This document shows positions 18,616 to 28,071 of a stretch of 64,000 bases of DNA, piece after piece. A program made the position numbers and the translations under genes. The stretch comes from a virus: positions 32,001 to 96,000 of IMG/VR virus record IMGVR_UViG_3300023184_008416; one strand, 5' to 3'. A model generated the notes under the pieces. That model saw only the letters and a program-made list of their open reading frames with translations, did not search any database and was not told the DNA's origin. How positions within the stretch are numbered: position 1 is the stretch's first letter; each line of letters opens with the position of its first letter.

Positions 18616-19809
18616 ATGACACTGTTTAAAAATTTAGAAGACGTTGATATTTCCGCCGCAAAATCTTATCTAAACCAATTAATTGACGTTCTTCAAGAAG
18701 ACATCAGTGGTTCAGCATCAAGAAGAAAATATCAACATTATGTCACTGGGGGTATTGGACCAGGTGTTACTTCTTCTTTGTTTCAAACCGTGTATGATCA
18801 AGACTTTACTCTGCAAACAGCCAATCCAATTTTTGATATTACAATCGGTTTAAATCCTGACAGTAATACTATCACAACAGTCCAAAGTGGCGTTGATTCC
18901 AATGGAAAAGAATTATTTCCGTCAACCACACTTATGATGCGTGAAAAGATGGACAATTATCGCCAATTTTCTCAAGCTCTTTTAGGAGATTCTTCCAACA
19001 AATTTAAGTTTCCGCCAGACTCAAACACGGATGATGACATTGCAGATGTTGCTATGTTCATCTCATTTAAAAGACTATTCTATCGTGACAGAATAAAAGA
19101 TCAAACATACGTCATGAATTTTTATTCTTCAGGTTCTTCAGGTTCTTTGCTTGGACCAAATTTGAACGTAACTTCCATTAATGGCTCGCATTTTTATACT
19201 GATTTTGGAACAAGTTTAAACAAGAACATTGGCGTGGGCGGCTCATTTGCAAACTTAATTGATGCAGCAGATAAGAACGTATCGGTTGGCCAAATTTATT
19301 ATGACAGAGGAATTGTTGTTTGCGACCTTAAAAAGATAATGTCTGGAACAGAACATGCAAGTGGAACAATTTCAACTGTTAATGATGCTTCGGGTTATAT
19401 ACAGATTGGTAATGCATTAGGCAATCCAGAAGCAACATTTATCAAAGATTTTATGACATCAGGTTCAATAGATGATGTGTTGGACCACATTTGTAGCTGC
19501 AGATTTCAAGCGGGGTCATTAACTTCAATGACATTCCAGAACATCACTAATATCAATTCTACACTAATTTTCTGTAAAGCTGCTGCTGATGAATTCAACT
19601 ATTCTCAAAATCCTACATATTTAGATGCCAACAACAGAATAGTAGTAATTGAACCAGGACAAGAGGATACTCAACAATCTTTTACTTTCATTACGACCAT
19701 AGGCTTGTATGATATTAACGATAATCTTTTGGCAACTGCTAAATTGTCTCGTCCAATTTATAAGGACGTAAAGACAGATCTTACCTTTAGATTACGTTTG
19801 GATTTCTGA
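18616..19809 (+). CDS. Putative baseplate protein
   Basis: C-terminus EFNYSQNPTY..FITTIGLYDINDNLLATAKLSRPIYK..RLRLDF is shared with the next gene. Confidence 0.6.
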   Translation: MTLFKNLEDVDISAAKSYLNQLIDVLQEDISGSASRRKYQHYVTGGIGPGVTSSLFQTVYDQDFTLQTANPIFDITIGLNPDSNTITTVQSGVDSNGKELFPSTTLMMREKMDNYRQFSQALLGDSSNKFKFPPDSNTDDDIADVAMFISFKRLFYRDRIKDQTYVMNFYSSGSSGSLLGPNLNVTSINGSHFYTDFGTSLNKNIGVGGSFANLIDAADKNVSVGQIYYDRGIVVCDLKKIMSGTEHASGTISTVNDASGYIQIGNALGNPEATFIKDFMTSGSIDDVLDHICSCRFQAGSLTSMTFQNITNINSTLIFCKAAADEFNYSQNPTYLDANNRIVVIEPGQEDTQQSFTFITTIGLYDINDNLLATAKLSRPIYKDVKTDLTFRLRLDF

Positions 19810-19813
19810 TGTT

Positions 19814-22177
19814 ATGTCAATCTTCAAGGTTGATCCTAGCGATGTTGAGACGATTACCTTAACGACCAATCCTAATACTTTTTTTGCATCAAGCTCTAAC
19901 GGTATAACCGGGTCATTAAAAGTTTTTCCTCGTAGATCTCACTCTTTAAAAGAAAGCCTCACTTTTACTACGTCTTCATATTTTGAAGATAAGTTAATAA
20001 ATGTGGACTACGGTGACGAACACTTAGCGGAAGTTTATATACAAAACGTCGGAAAACTTGTAACATATGATCCTTCCTTAGTAATAAATCGATTAGTACC
20101 CCAATATTCAGGACCATTGTCCTACGTTAATTACTTAAAAAAGGTAATATCAGGTACATTAATGCCTCATTATCGAGTTCACTACTCAGATTGTGAGATG
20201 TCATATACAAATTATAATTCTATTAATTTCGTTTCGTCTAGCACAATAGCTCCAGGTACTGCTCTTTTATACCCAAACGTGGGTGTAAATCAACCCAATC
20301 AAATTGGGTGTTATGAAATTCCAGGAGCATTTACTTTTGATTTTCATATTAATGTTCGTAACAAATATGCAAATCCTCGTCCTGGAACAATTCTTCATTT
20401 AAAACAAAGCTATGCTTTAAGTGTCGTATCTGGAACGATTAGAGATGAAAATGGGCTGTGCAGTAAATACGGATTACAATTACAACTTAGTCATAGCGCA
20501 GGAACAATCCCAACAAATGCGGCTCCGGGAGATTTAACATTTAGATTTGACAATGTTTTAAACCATAATTCGTGGCACCATGTCACGATAGCGTGGGGTA
20601 CAAATTCCATTAATAATGGTACTGGTAGCGTTTTAATTGATGGTAACAGCGTAGGTAATTTTATTGTTCCTTCATCTTCAATTTTAAATAGTGCGCAGCT
20701 TCCTCCTGCTCTTGTTGTGGGAAATTATGATGATGCAATGAATACGCAAACATTTTTTAACTTTGCAACGAATTATTTCGGTCCAGTTAGATCTAACGCT
20801 TTTGGAATTAAATCAATAACATCGCCTGATACTTTTGGTAATGATTTTTCAGGAAGAAATAATGTAGGGTATTTTGAATTACATGATTTATCAATTTATC
20901 GAGAGTACAGTGATAAATTAAATTTGTCTTCTTCGTCACCAATACAATTATCAAAAAATTGTATTTTTTATCTACCTCCATACTTTGCAACTTCATCTTC
21001 ACTAAAAACGGGTGATGCCACTTACGGATGCATTCCTCTTACACCTCAAGAAGCCAGTCAAGGATCCACGAGTACACCATTTAATTTGTCTTTGGCAATG
21101 TCTTGTGGTGGACACTACATTAATACTGAAAATTATTTACTTGATTTTGCAAACAATAGTTTTCCAAAACAGTTGGATCTTGTCTATAAACAAGACCCAG
21201 GTGCAATTTCAACGTTGTCTTTAAACGATTATTTTTATCAAGATTATCCCGTTAGAGGCAGAAATTTATTGATTCTTCCTTGCGATGATGGAAACTTTTT
21301 AAATAGTGCACCACTTTCAAGCATTATTCCTGTTTTTAATAATGTTACATTAACTAACTTTGTTAGTGGTTCATATCAATACAATCTTAACATTAATCCT
21401 CCAATAGTATCAACTTTTGCCGATCCTTTACCTGGAATATACGGAAATGGTGAGCAAAGTGAATTTGATAAAATTCGATTTGGTCTTGGTATTACACCTA
21501 ATACCCCATTTAATACTTTTAATCTAGGCATTGATGCTTGGAAAAGCAGCAACAATAGTAAGATATCAAATAATGTTTACCTGTCACAAGATGATAGGTT
21601 ACAACCTGTTGCTTGGTATTGGAAGTATCTGGATAAAGACTCTACACAAGTAGTAATATTTGATGTTAGCAACTTATATTATGGAAATCAAATTGAACCT
21701 GGCACGCTCACTTTGAGTGATTCTTCATTAACTGGATCAAACGGTCAAGTTTCAGTGACGATTAAAGATAATGGATTAGGTGGTCTTTATAGGGCTGATA
21801 GCTCTACACCACATGCAGTGTGGAATGACGTAGGAAACATCTTCTACAACGAAGGTTTGATATTCATAAAAAATCCTTCTCTCTATTTTTTGGGTAAAGA
21901 TCAATATGAAATTTCATTTAAGGGAAACAGAAACATTCACGTATTGAAAATTGAAGCAACTGCGCCACGAAATTATGTCAATTCATCTTCTAATCCTACG
22001 TATAAAGAGCTAAGAGCAAATCAAAATCAAGTTGATGCTGATGATCATTTTGTGTATATAACTGGTGTTAATTTTCACGATAATAATCTTAATGTGATTG
22101 CACGTTCCAAGTTGGCTCAACCCATCATCAAACGTGATAGATCAAAGATAGTCTTTAAAACCAAGATAGATTTTTAA
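19814..22177 (+). CDS. Putative baseplate protein with LamG/ConA-like domain
   Basis: FTFDFHI..NSWHHVTIAW..VLIDG is LamG-like; C-terminus is paralogous to 18616-19809. Confidence 0.6.
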   Translation: MSIFKVDPSDVETITLTTNPNTFFASSSNGITGSLKVFPRRSHSLKESLTFTTSSYFEDKLINVDYGDEHLAEVYIQNVGKLVTYDPSLVINRLVPQYSGPLSYVNYLKKVISGTLMPHYRVHYSDCEMSYTNYNSINFVSSSTIAPGTALLYPNVGVNQPNQIGCYEIPGAFTFDFHINVRNKYANPRPGTILHLKQSYALSVVSGTIRDENGLCSKYGLQLQLSHSAGTIPTNAAPGDLTFRFDNVLNHNSWHHVTIAWGTNSINNGTGSVLIDGNSVGNFIVPSSSILNSAQLPPALVVGNYDDAMNTQTFFNFATNYFGPVRSNAFGIKSITSPDTFGNDFSGRNNVGYFELHDLSIYREYSDKLNLSSSSPIQLSKNCIFYLPPYFATSSSLKTGDATYGCIPLTPQEASQGSTSTPFNLSLAMSCGGHYINTENYLLDFANNSFPKQLDLVYKQDPGAISTLSLNDYFYQDYPVRGRNLLILPCDDGNFLNSAPLSSIIPVFNNVTLTNFVSGSYQYNLNINPPIVSTFADPLPGIYGNGEQSEFDKIRFGLGITPNTPFNTFNLGIDAWKSSNNSKISNNVYLSQDDRLQPVAWYWKYLDKDSTQVVIFDVSNLYYGNQIEPGTLTLSDSSLTGSNGQVSVTIKDNGLGGLYRADSSTPHAVWNDVGNIFYNEGLIFIKNPSLYFLGKDQYEISFKGNRNIHVLKIEATAPRNYVNSSSNPTYKELRANQNQVDADDHFVYITGVNFHDNNLNVIARSKLAQPIIKRDRSKIVFKTKIDF

Positions 22178-22578
22178 TGGTTTCACAAAATCCTAAAAAG
22201 AGAAAAAGACGAAGGGGTTATCATAGAGGAACCTACATTTCTCCCGTGGCAGGCGAGTGTAAATATCGCAGTGGTTGGGAAGAAAAGTATATGAATTATC
22301 TGGATTCAAATGCAGATGTGGTTTCCTGGTCCTATGAAAATCTTGTGATCCAATATGTTTCCAATAAATCAACGGGAAAATTAAGAAAATATTATCCTGA
22401 TTTTTATGTTGTGATGAATGACGGTACCAAATTTGTTGTTGAAATTAAGCAAAAGCGCAAATTAAATCAAGCCATCGTAAAAAAAAAGACCAAGGCTGCA
22501 GAGCAGTGGTGTTTGATGAACGGTGCCACTTATAAAATTTTGACTGAAGTAGAATTAAAAGATATGGGTCTACTGTAA
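22177..22578 (+). CDS. Head completion nuclease (T4 gp4 / TnsA-N-like PD-(D/E)xK)
   Basis: YRSGWE..YLD..VVSWSYE..YYPDF..VVEIK. Confidence 0.82.
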   Translation: MVSQNPKKRKRRRGYHRGTYISPVAGECKYRSGWEEKYMNYLDSNADVVSWSYENLVIQYVSNKSTGKLRKYYPDFYVVMNDGTKFVVEIKQKRKLNQAIVKKKTKAAEQWCLMNGATYKILTEVELKDMGLL

Positions 22579-22611
22579 AATGATTTTATCTAGTGACACG
22601 AGTGTTAATAG

Positions 22612-23175
22612 TTGATTGTGCCACAATTAATTCTAGGGTTAGACGTTTCAACATCAGTGACAGGTGTTTGTATCTTAAATTCTGACATTATACCTGATGA
22701 AAAAGGTTCGCACATCTTACATCTAGACAGGATTGAATTTAAAAAGTGTAAAACTTTGTGGGAAAAAGCTGACGTTGTTGCGTTGGAATTGTCAGACTTA
22801 TTGAAAAAATTTCCCGGAGACTATCACGTTTTTTTGGAAGAACCATTGTTGGGGTTTCAAAAAGGAATGTCGTCAGCGACCACAATAACCACTCTCATGC
22901 GATTTAATGGAATAGTTTCATACATCTCTAGGGAAATATTCAAAGTTGATCCTGATTATATCTCTTCGTCCCACGCAAGGAAGGTGTGTGGAATAAAGAT
23001 GCAACGAACAGCAATTGCTGGAATGAGTGGTAAGGAACAGGTCTTCAAATACATGTCAGAACATGATTTAAAGCACGTACAGTGGCCAACAAAGAAAAAT
23101 GGCGCAGCTGTTGATTGGTCTCGAGATGCCACTGATAGCTATGTCATTGCTCGAGCTGCATCATTGAAAATGTAA
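22612..23175 (+). CDS. RuvC-like Holliday junction resolvase
   Basis: ILGLDVSTSVTG, VFLEEP, DATDSYVIA (RNase H-fold acidic residues). Confidence 0.8.
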   Translation: MIVPQLILGLDVSTSVTGVCILNSDIIPDEKGSHILHLDRIEFKKCKTLWEKADVVALELSDLLKKFPGDYHVFLEEPLLGFQKGMSSATTITTLMRFNGIVSYISREIFKVDPDYISSSHARKVCGIKMQRTAIAGMSGKEQVFKYMSEHDLKHVQWPTKKNGAAVDWSRDATDSYVIARAASLKM

Positions 23176-23215
23176 GATGTACAAAAGTTGTTTGAGGTAG
23201 TCCAATCTATTTGTA

Positions 23216-24166
23216 GTGCAATCGCTGACAGAAAAAGTGAGATTCATCGAGTCAATTTTTGGCCGATGCCAGATGTCTCGTGATGAAAAAAACGTTGCAG
23301 TAAGATGTCCCATTTGTGATCCTAAAGATCCAAATAAAAAAAAGTTGATTATCAGGACAACGGATGACGTCACTCATTGTTGGGTTTGTGGTTGGTCATC
23401 AAGGTCTCTCTTACCTTTAATCAAAAAATTTGGTTCTCGTGACCAATTAAAAAGGTACGCAGAATCTCTGGGATTGCGTGAAAAAATATCTTTAGACGAT
23501 CAACCCACGGTAAAAAAGTTAGACGCTCCCGAAGATGTGTGTTTACTGGCATGTCATGATTCATTTAACCCAGATGCAAGTGCAGTATTGAAATACTTGA
23601 AATCTCGAGGAGTTTCAGAAAAAGATCTTTGGTACTACAGGTTAGCTTTTTCAAATGAGCCTAAGTGGAATCGTCGAGTTATCTTTTTATCATATGATAA
23701 TAGCGGTAACATGAATTATGTCACTGCCCGGGCAGTCGATCGTGACAAGCAACCAAAATATGTGAACTGTGACGTTGAAAGAACGACTGTTGTTTTTAAT
23801 GAACACAACATTTCTTGGGACATTCCGTTGGTATTGTGTGAGGGTCCGTTTGATCTGATCCATTGTGGAGAAAATGCAACTTGCTTGTTGGGATCAGAAC
23901 TCAGCGAGTCTTCTCTATTATTTGACAGGATCATATCAAACTCTACGCCCGTTATTGTTGCCCTTGATTCTGATACCCACAAAATAAAACGTCCCAAATT
24001 AATCAAAAAATTGGTTGAATATGACATCGAAGTTAAAGTGGTCGATATTGGTGATTATTCCGATCCCGGCAGTGCACCGGTTGATTTTATGTTAAAAGCA
24101 ATTAACGATGCAAAACCTGTGGATTGGATGTTTAACTTTTCCAATAAATTGTCTTTTATAATGTAA
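23216..24166 (+). CDS. DNA primase (Zn finger + TOPRIM, gp61/DnaG-like)
   Basis: CPIC..HCWVC, YLKSRG, PKYVN, LCEGPFD, ALDSD. Confidence 0.85.
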   Translation: MQSLTEKVRFIESIFGRCQMSRDEKNVAVRCPICDPKDPNKKKLIIRTTDDVTHCWVCGWSSRSLLPLIKKFGSRDQLKRYAESLGLREKISLDDQPTVKKLDAPEDVCLLACHDSFNPDASAVLKYLKSRGVSEKDLWYYRLAFSNEPKWNRRVIFLSYDNSGNMNYVTARAVDRDKQPKYVNCDVERTTVVFNEHNISWDIPLVLCEGPFDLIHCGENATCLLGSELSESSLLFDRIISNSTPVIVALDSDTHKIKRPKLIKKLVEYDIEVKVVDIGDYSDPGSAPVDFMLKAINDAKPVDWMFNFSNKLSFIM

Positions 24167-24213
24167 GTTCTAAACACTTGATACACAAGTTATTATAGTC
24201 TTATGGATTATTC

Positions 24214-27200
24214 ATGCGAATAGCACACATAGCAGACGTACATTTTAGGTCTTTAAGTCGCCACGCAGAGTACAAAGAAGTATTTGAAGCATTTGCAAGT
24301 GATTGTGAAACACGAGGCGTAGATCAAATAGTCGTTTGTGGCGATATCTTTCATACAAAGACAACAGGTCTTTCTCCCGAATATATTGATGTCCTAACGT
24401 GGTGGATGAAAAGGTTGAGTTCTGTTGCAACTCTGCACCTTACGTTAGGTAACCATGATGGAAACTTGACGAACAGAAATCGTCAAGATGCGGTGACACC
24501 CATCTATGAAGCGGTTAAAAAGAACAGTGACCTAAAAAATAACATCTTCTTGTATAAGAACAGTGGTGTCTATCCAATTGATGACAAACACAATCTCTGT
24601 GTTTTCAGTCTTTTTGATGAAGAAGGTTGGGATTCAGTTAAACCCGAATTAGGAAAATATAACATCGCAATCTATCATGGTTCGGTTGACACAGCTTTGA
24701 CAGAAACAGAGTGGGTGCTTAAATCACACATAAAAGTTGACACATTTAAAGATTACGATTTAGCCCTGCTTGGTGACATTCACAGAACTCAATTTTTGGG
24801 ATATCGTGAGTTAAACGGCAAAAGTGTGCCGTGGATTGGTTACCCAGGATCTACTCTGCAACAGAATTATGCTGAAGCGATAGATCATGGCTATCTATTA
24901 TGGGACATCACCCCCAAGGGCCACGATGTTTCATTTATTAAATTACCAAATCCTCAGCCTTATGTAACCATTAATTGGTCTGATGATTTATCTAATGTCA
25001 ATCTTCCAATCTCTTCAAGAATCAGGGTTAGACACACACGCCCTCTTACCCAAGCAGAGATAAAAGCAACAATGGGTTCTCTGCAGTCCCGGTTTAAGGC
25101 GACCGAGGTAATTTTTAATCTAGATTCAAAGGCACAAATTCGAGAGTTGGTGTCTAAAATTCCTTCTATAAAAGAGAATTTTCACAACGCAGAATCTCTG
25201 TTATCGTTATTACAACGATACGACTCTACACGAAAATTTTCCGAATCAGACTGGGAGTCAATAAAATCAACACTGGTTAGGTACCTCCTTGAATGTAAAG
25301 ATGACATCTCAGCCAGAAATGTCAAGTGGTCTCTGCGAGAATTGAAGTGGGACAATATCTTGGGTTACGGCTCAGGAAATAAAATCAATTTCACAGCACT
25401 TGATGGAATTGTTGGAATATTTGGCCCGAACAGGGCTGGAAAGTCTTCTATCATCGGTGCATTGTTGTACTGCATGTTCAACACATCTGACAGGGGTTCA
25501 ATCAAAAATCTTGACTTGATCAACGTAAGAAAAGATCACTCATATGCTCGTGCAGTGCTAGATGTTAATGGTGAAACTCATGTCATTGAAAGACAATCTG
25601 TCAAAAATACAACCAAAAAAGACATCACTGCGTCGACATCTGTAAATCTTTATAAAATAATTGATGACAATGCAATTGAGTTGAATGGAGAACAAAGGGT
25701 CGATACCGATAAAATCATTCGTTCAATTGTGGGTTCTTCTGAAGACTTCATGTTAATGTCTTTGTCCACACAAGGAGACATTGACAGATTTGTGAGAGAT
25801 GGTTCTACACATCGCAAACACACACTTGCAAGATTTTTAGATCTTGATTTTTTTGATAGGCTCCATGAGATTGCAAAATCAGAAGTTACTTCATTAAAGG
25901 CAGAAATAAAAACTCTACAGTCTTCAAAAATTATTGATCCCTCTCTTCTTGCAACTGCACGAAAAGAGAGTAAGGATGAAATTTCTACACTGTTGAATCA
26001 ACGTGATGAATTATCAGAAAACGTACAACGTCTTGTTTCTGACGTTAAGATGTCAGGATTCCAGGAGATTGAATCGCAGTTTCGAAAAAAAGAAAATGAG
26101 TTAAACTTACTTCGTAAAAACTTTAGTGATGTTGAGAGTGAATTAAAAACTTATCGTGAGGTTCTGTTCAAAACAGAAAGAAGACATGATGAATGCCTCT
26201 CAGAATTCAACTCATTTGATCTGCAGGCTTTAAGAGAAAAATATACAAAGATAAAGGAATTGAAGCAAGTTTCTCTTACTGCAAAGCATGCTGTTGAAAA
26301 GTGGGAACTAGAGCTTCAACGAAAGAAAAAATCAATTAGTGTCCTGTCTGAAGTCCCGTGTGGTGATTCGTATCCAACTTGTAAATTCATAAAAGACGCC
26401 CATCTTGACAGAGGGGCGTTAGATAATACAACCCAAGAATTGTCATTAGCAACTGAAAACTTATCAAACATTACTCTGTCGTTACAAGAACTCGAATCTT
26501 CAGGACTAGAAGTCTTGATTCGTAAGGCAGATGAGCTTAGAACAGAGTCTAGAGATCTTGAATTGTCGCTTCACAAGTTACGTTTAAATGTTTCTGATCG
26601 TGAAGAAAAATTTTCTACTACACGAGACAACCTTGCTAATTGCGAAGCTGAGCTAAAAAAATTAGATGGTCGTCTCAAAAAATCAAAGTCAGCAATAAAA
26701 AATGGAACAGTGGATACTCTACAGGAATTGAAGTCTGAACTTCGTTTGGTCGAAGAAAAATTATCCGCTCTTCATGCTAAGTTGGGAGCTCTTGATGAAC
26801 AAATGCGTCAATCATCTGAAATAACAAATTTGGTTGATTCAAAAGTAAAAGCATTGTCTGTGATAGAATACGTCATGACATCCTTTTCTAAGCGAGGAAT
26901 ACCCAGCAAAATTTTGTCAGAGCAATTACCCGTCATCAATTCTGAGATTTCTAGTGTTTTAGCTGGAATTGTCAATTTTAACGTTGAATTAGAGTGTAGT
27001 GACAATAACAATCTGGATGTTTTCATCAATTATGGAGACTCTCGTAGAATCATGGAACTGTGTAGTGGCATGGAAAAAATGATTAGTTCAATTGCAATTC
27101 GAGTTGCTTTAACTAATGTTTCTACAATGCCTAAATCAGATGTTTTTATAATTGACGAAGGTTTTGGAACCTTAGATGATGCAAATGTTGATGCTTGTAA

Positions 27201-27336
27201 AAGACTATTAATGTCGCTAAAAAAGTATTTTAAGTCTGTTTTAATTATCAGTCACGTACCTGCAATTAAGGACGTAGCTGACATTATATTGGAGGTGCAA
27301 CGTGTTGAAAATGATTCCAAAATGTGTTACGGATGA
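24214..27336 (+). CDS. Fused Mre11/SbcD nuclease and Rad50/SbcC ATPase (gp47-gp46 fusion)
   Basis: Nuclease motifs ADVH, GDIFH, GNHD, YHG, GDIH; Walker A GPNRAGKS; coiled coil with central CGDSYPTC hook; signature CSGMEK; Walker B IIDEGFGTLD; ISH. Confidence 0.92.
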   Translation: MRIAHIADVHFRSLSRHAEYKEVFEAFASDCETRGVDQIVVCGDIFHTKTTGLSPEYIDVLTWWMKRLSSVATLHLTLGNHDGNLTNRNRQDAVTPIYEAVKKNSDLKNNIFLYKNSGVYPIDDKHNLCVFSLFDEEGWDSVKPELGKYNIAIYHGSVDTALTETEWVLKSHIKVDTFKDYDLALLGDIHRTQFLGYRELNGKSVPWIGYPGSTLQQNYAEAIDHGYLLWDITPKGHDVSFIKLPNPQPYVTINWSDDLSNVNLPISSRIRVRHTRPLTQAEIKATMGSLQSRFKATEVIFNLDSKAQIRELVSKIPSIKENFHNAESLLSLLQRYDSTRKFSESDWESIKSTLVRYLLECKDDISARNVKWSLRELKWDNILGYGSGNKINFTALDGIVGIFGPNRAGKSSIIGALLYCMFNTSDRGSIKNLDLINVRKDHSYARAVLDVNGETHVIERQSVKNTTKKDITASTSVNLYKIIDDNAIELNGEQRVDTDKIIRSIVGSSEDFMLMSLSTQGDIDRFVRDGSTHRKHTLARFLDLDFFDRLHEIAKSEVTSLKAEIKTLQSSKIIDPSLLATARKESKDEISTLLNQRDELSENVQRLVSDVKMSGFQEIESQFRKKENELNLLRKNFSDVESELKTYREVLFKTERRHDECLSEFNSFDLQALREKYTKIKELKQVSLTAKHAVEKWELELQRKKKSISVLSEVPCGDSYPTCKFIKDAHLDRGALDNTTQELSLATENLSNITLSLQELESSGLEVLIRKADELRTESRDLELSLHKLRLNVSDREEKFSTTRDNLANCEAELKKLDGRLKKSKSAIKNGTVDTLQELKSELRLVEEKLSALHAKLGALDEQMRQSSEITNLVDSKVKALSVIEYVMTSFSKRGIPSKILSEQLPVINSEISSVLAGIVNFNVELECSDNNNLDVFINYGDSRRIMELCSGMEKMISSIAIRVALTNVSTMPKSDVFIIDEGFGTLDDANVDACKRLLMSLKKYFKSVLIISHVPAIKDVADIILEVQRVENDSKMCYG

Positions 27337-27640
27337 AAATTTAAAAAATCTTGAATGGAAAGATTATTTGGGGGACAGGGTGATAGCATTTCATCCATCT
27401 GGATTTCACGTTATAGTTCCAAAAGACTGTGATCCTGCTGTACCTCTATTTTGTCCCGTTTGTCAATGCGCATTATCAACGGGTGAAGATGTCTCAACGT
27501 GTAGAGATTTTGGATGTTGTGATCACTGCAAAGATCGTTGGTATTACCCAAACAAAGAACAATGGTCAACAGGTTGGAGACCAGTTCAGGAATCACGGTG
27601 TGAGCATAAAAAAACCGTAATAGTTGATGTAGCTCGATAA
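27302..27640 (+). CDS. Small Cys-rich (Zn-finger) protein
   Basis: CPVC..CCDHC..WSTGWRP. Confidence 0.6.
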   Translation: MLKMIPKCVTDENLKNLEWKDYLGDRVIAFHPSGFHVIVPKDCDPAVPLFCPVCQCALSTGEDVSTCRDFGCCDHCKDRWYYPNKEQWSTGWRPVQESRCEHKKTVIVDVAR

Positions 27641-27654
27641 TTAGACAAAAGACT

Positions 27655-28071
27655 ATGAAAGACACCCTAGACCCAAACATTAATGTTTTTGACCCCGAGA
27701 TAGACGTTAATGCCCTGGGACAAGCCTTGGATTCAACGTGGGGAAGAACAACTACACCAAAAACATCCCAGTATTCAGTTAAATTTTCTTTAACTGGAGG
27801 TTGTTTGCAGGCTTCTTACGCAGCTATCGTGAACTTTGCGTCTGAGCGTGAAATGATCATGATGAAAAGAAGATACGAAGAAGAAGCTCGCTCCGTGATT
27901 GAAAGCGTAGCAAAAACAATTTCTAAGACTTACAAAGAAATTTGTGGTAAAACTTTAAAACTTAAATCACGCTTACACACTGATTCTGTTGAAGTCATTA
28001 GCAATTCTTCTAACAACCCCAAACGAACTGCCTACTATCGTAGTAAGTGTCTCTTTGACATGGTGGGTTGA
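27655..28071 (+). CDS. Hypothetical protein upstream of the terminase
   Basis: 138 aa; preceded by the ATAATTAG motif; overlaps the terminase start. Confidence 0.6.
   Translation: MKDTLDPNINVFDPEIDVNALGQALDSTWGRTTTPKTSQYSVKFSLTGGCLQASYAAIVNFASEREMIMMKRRYEEEARSVIESVAKTISKTYKEICGKTLKLKSRLHTDSVEVISNSSNNPKRTAYYRSKCLFDMVG

Noticed and set aside
22177-22578. TnsA as evidence of a Tn7-like transposon
   Set aside because: No TnsB/TnsC or transposon ends; size and context fit a gp4-type nuclease.
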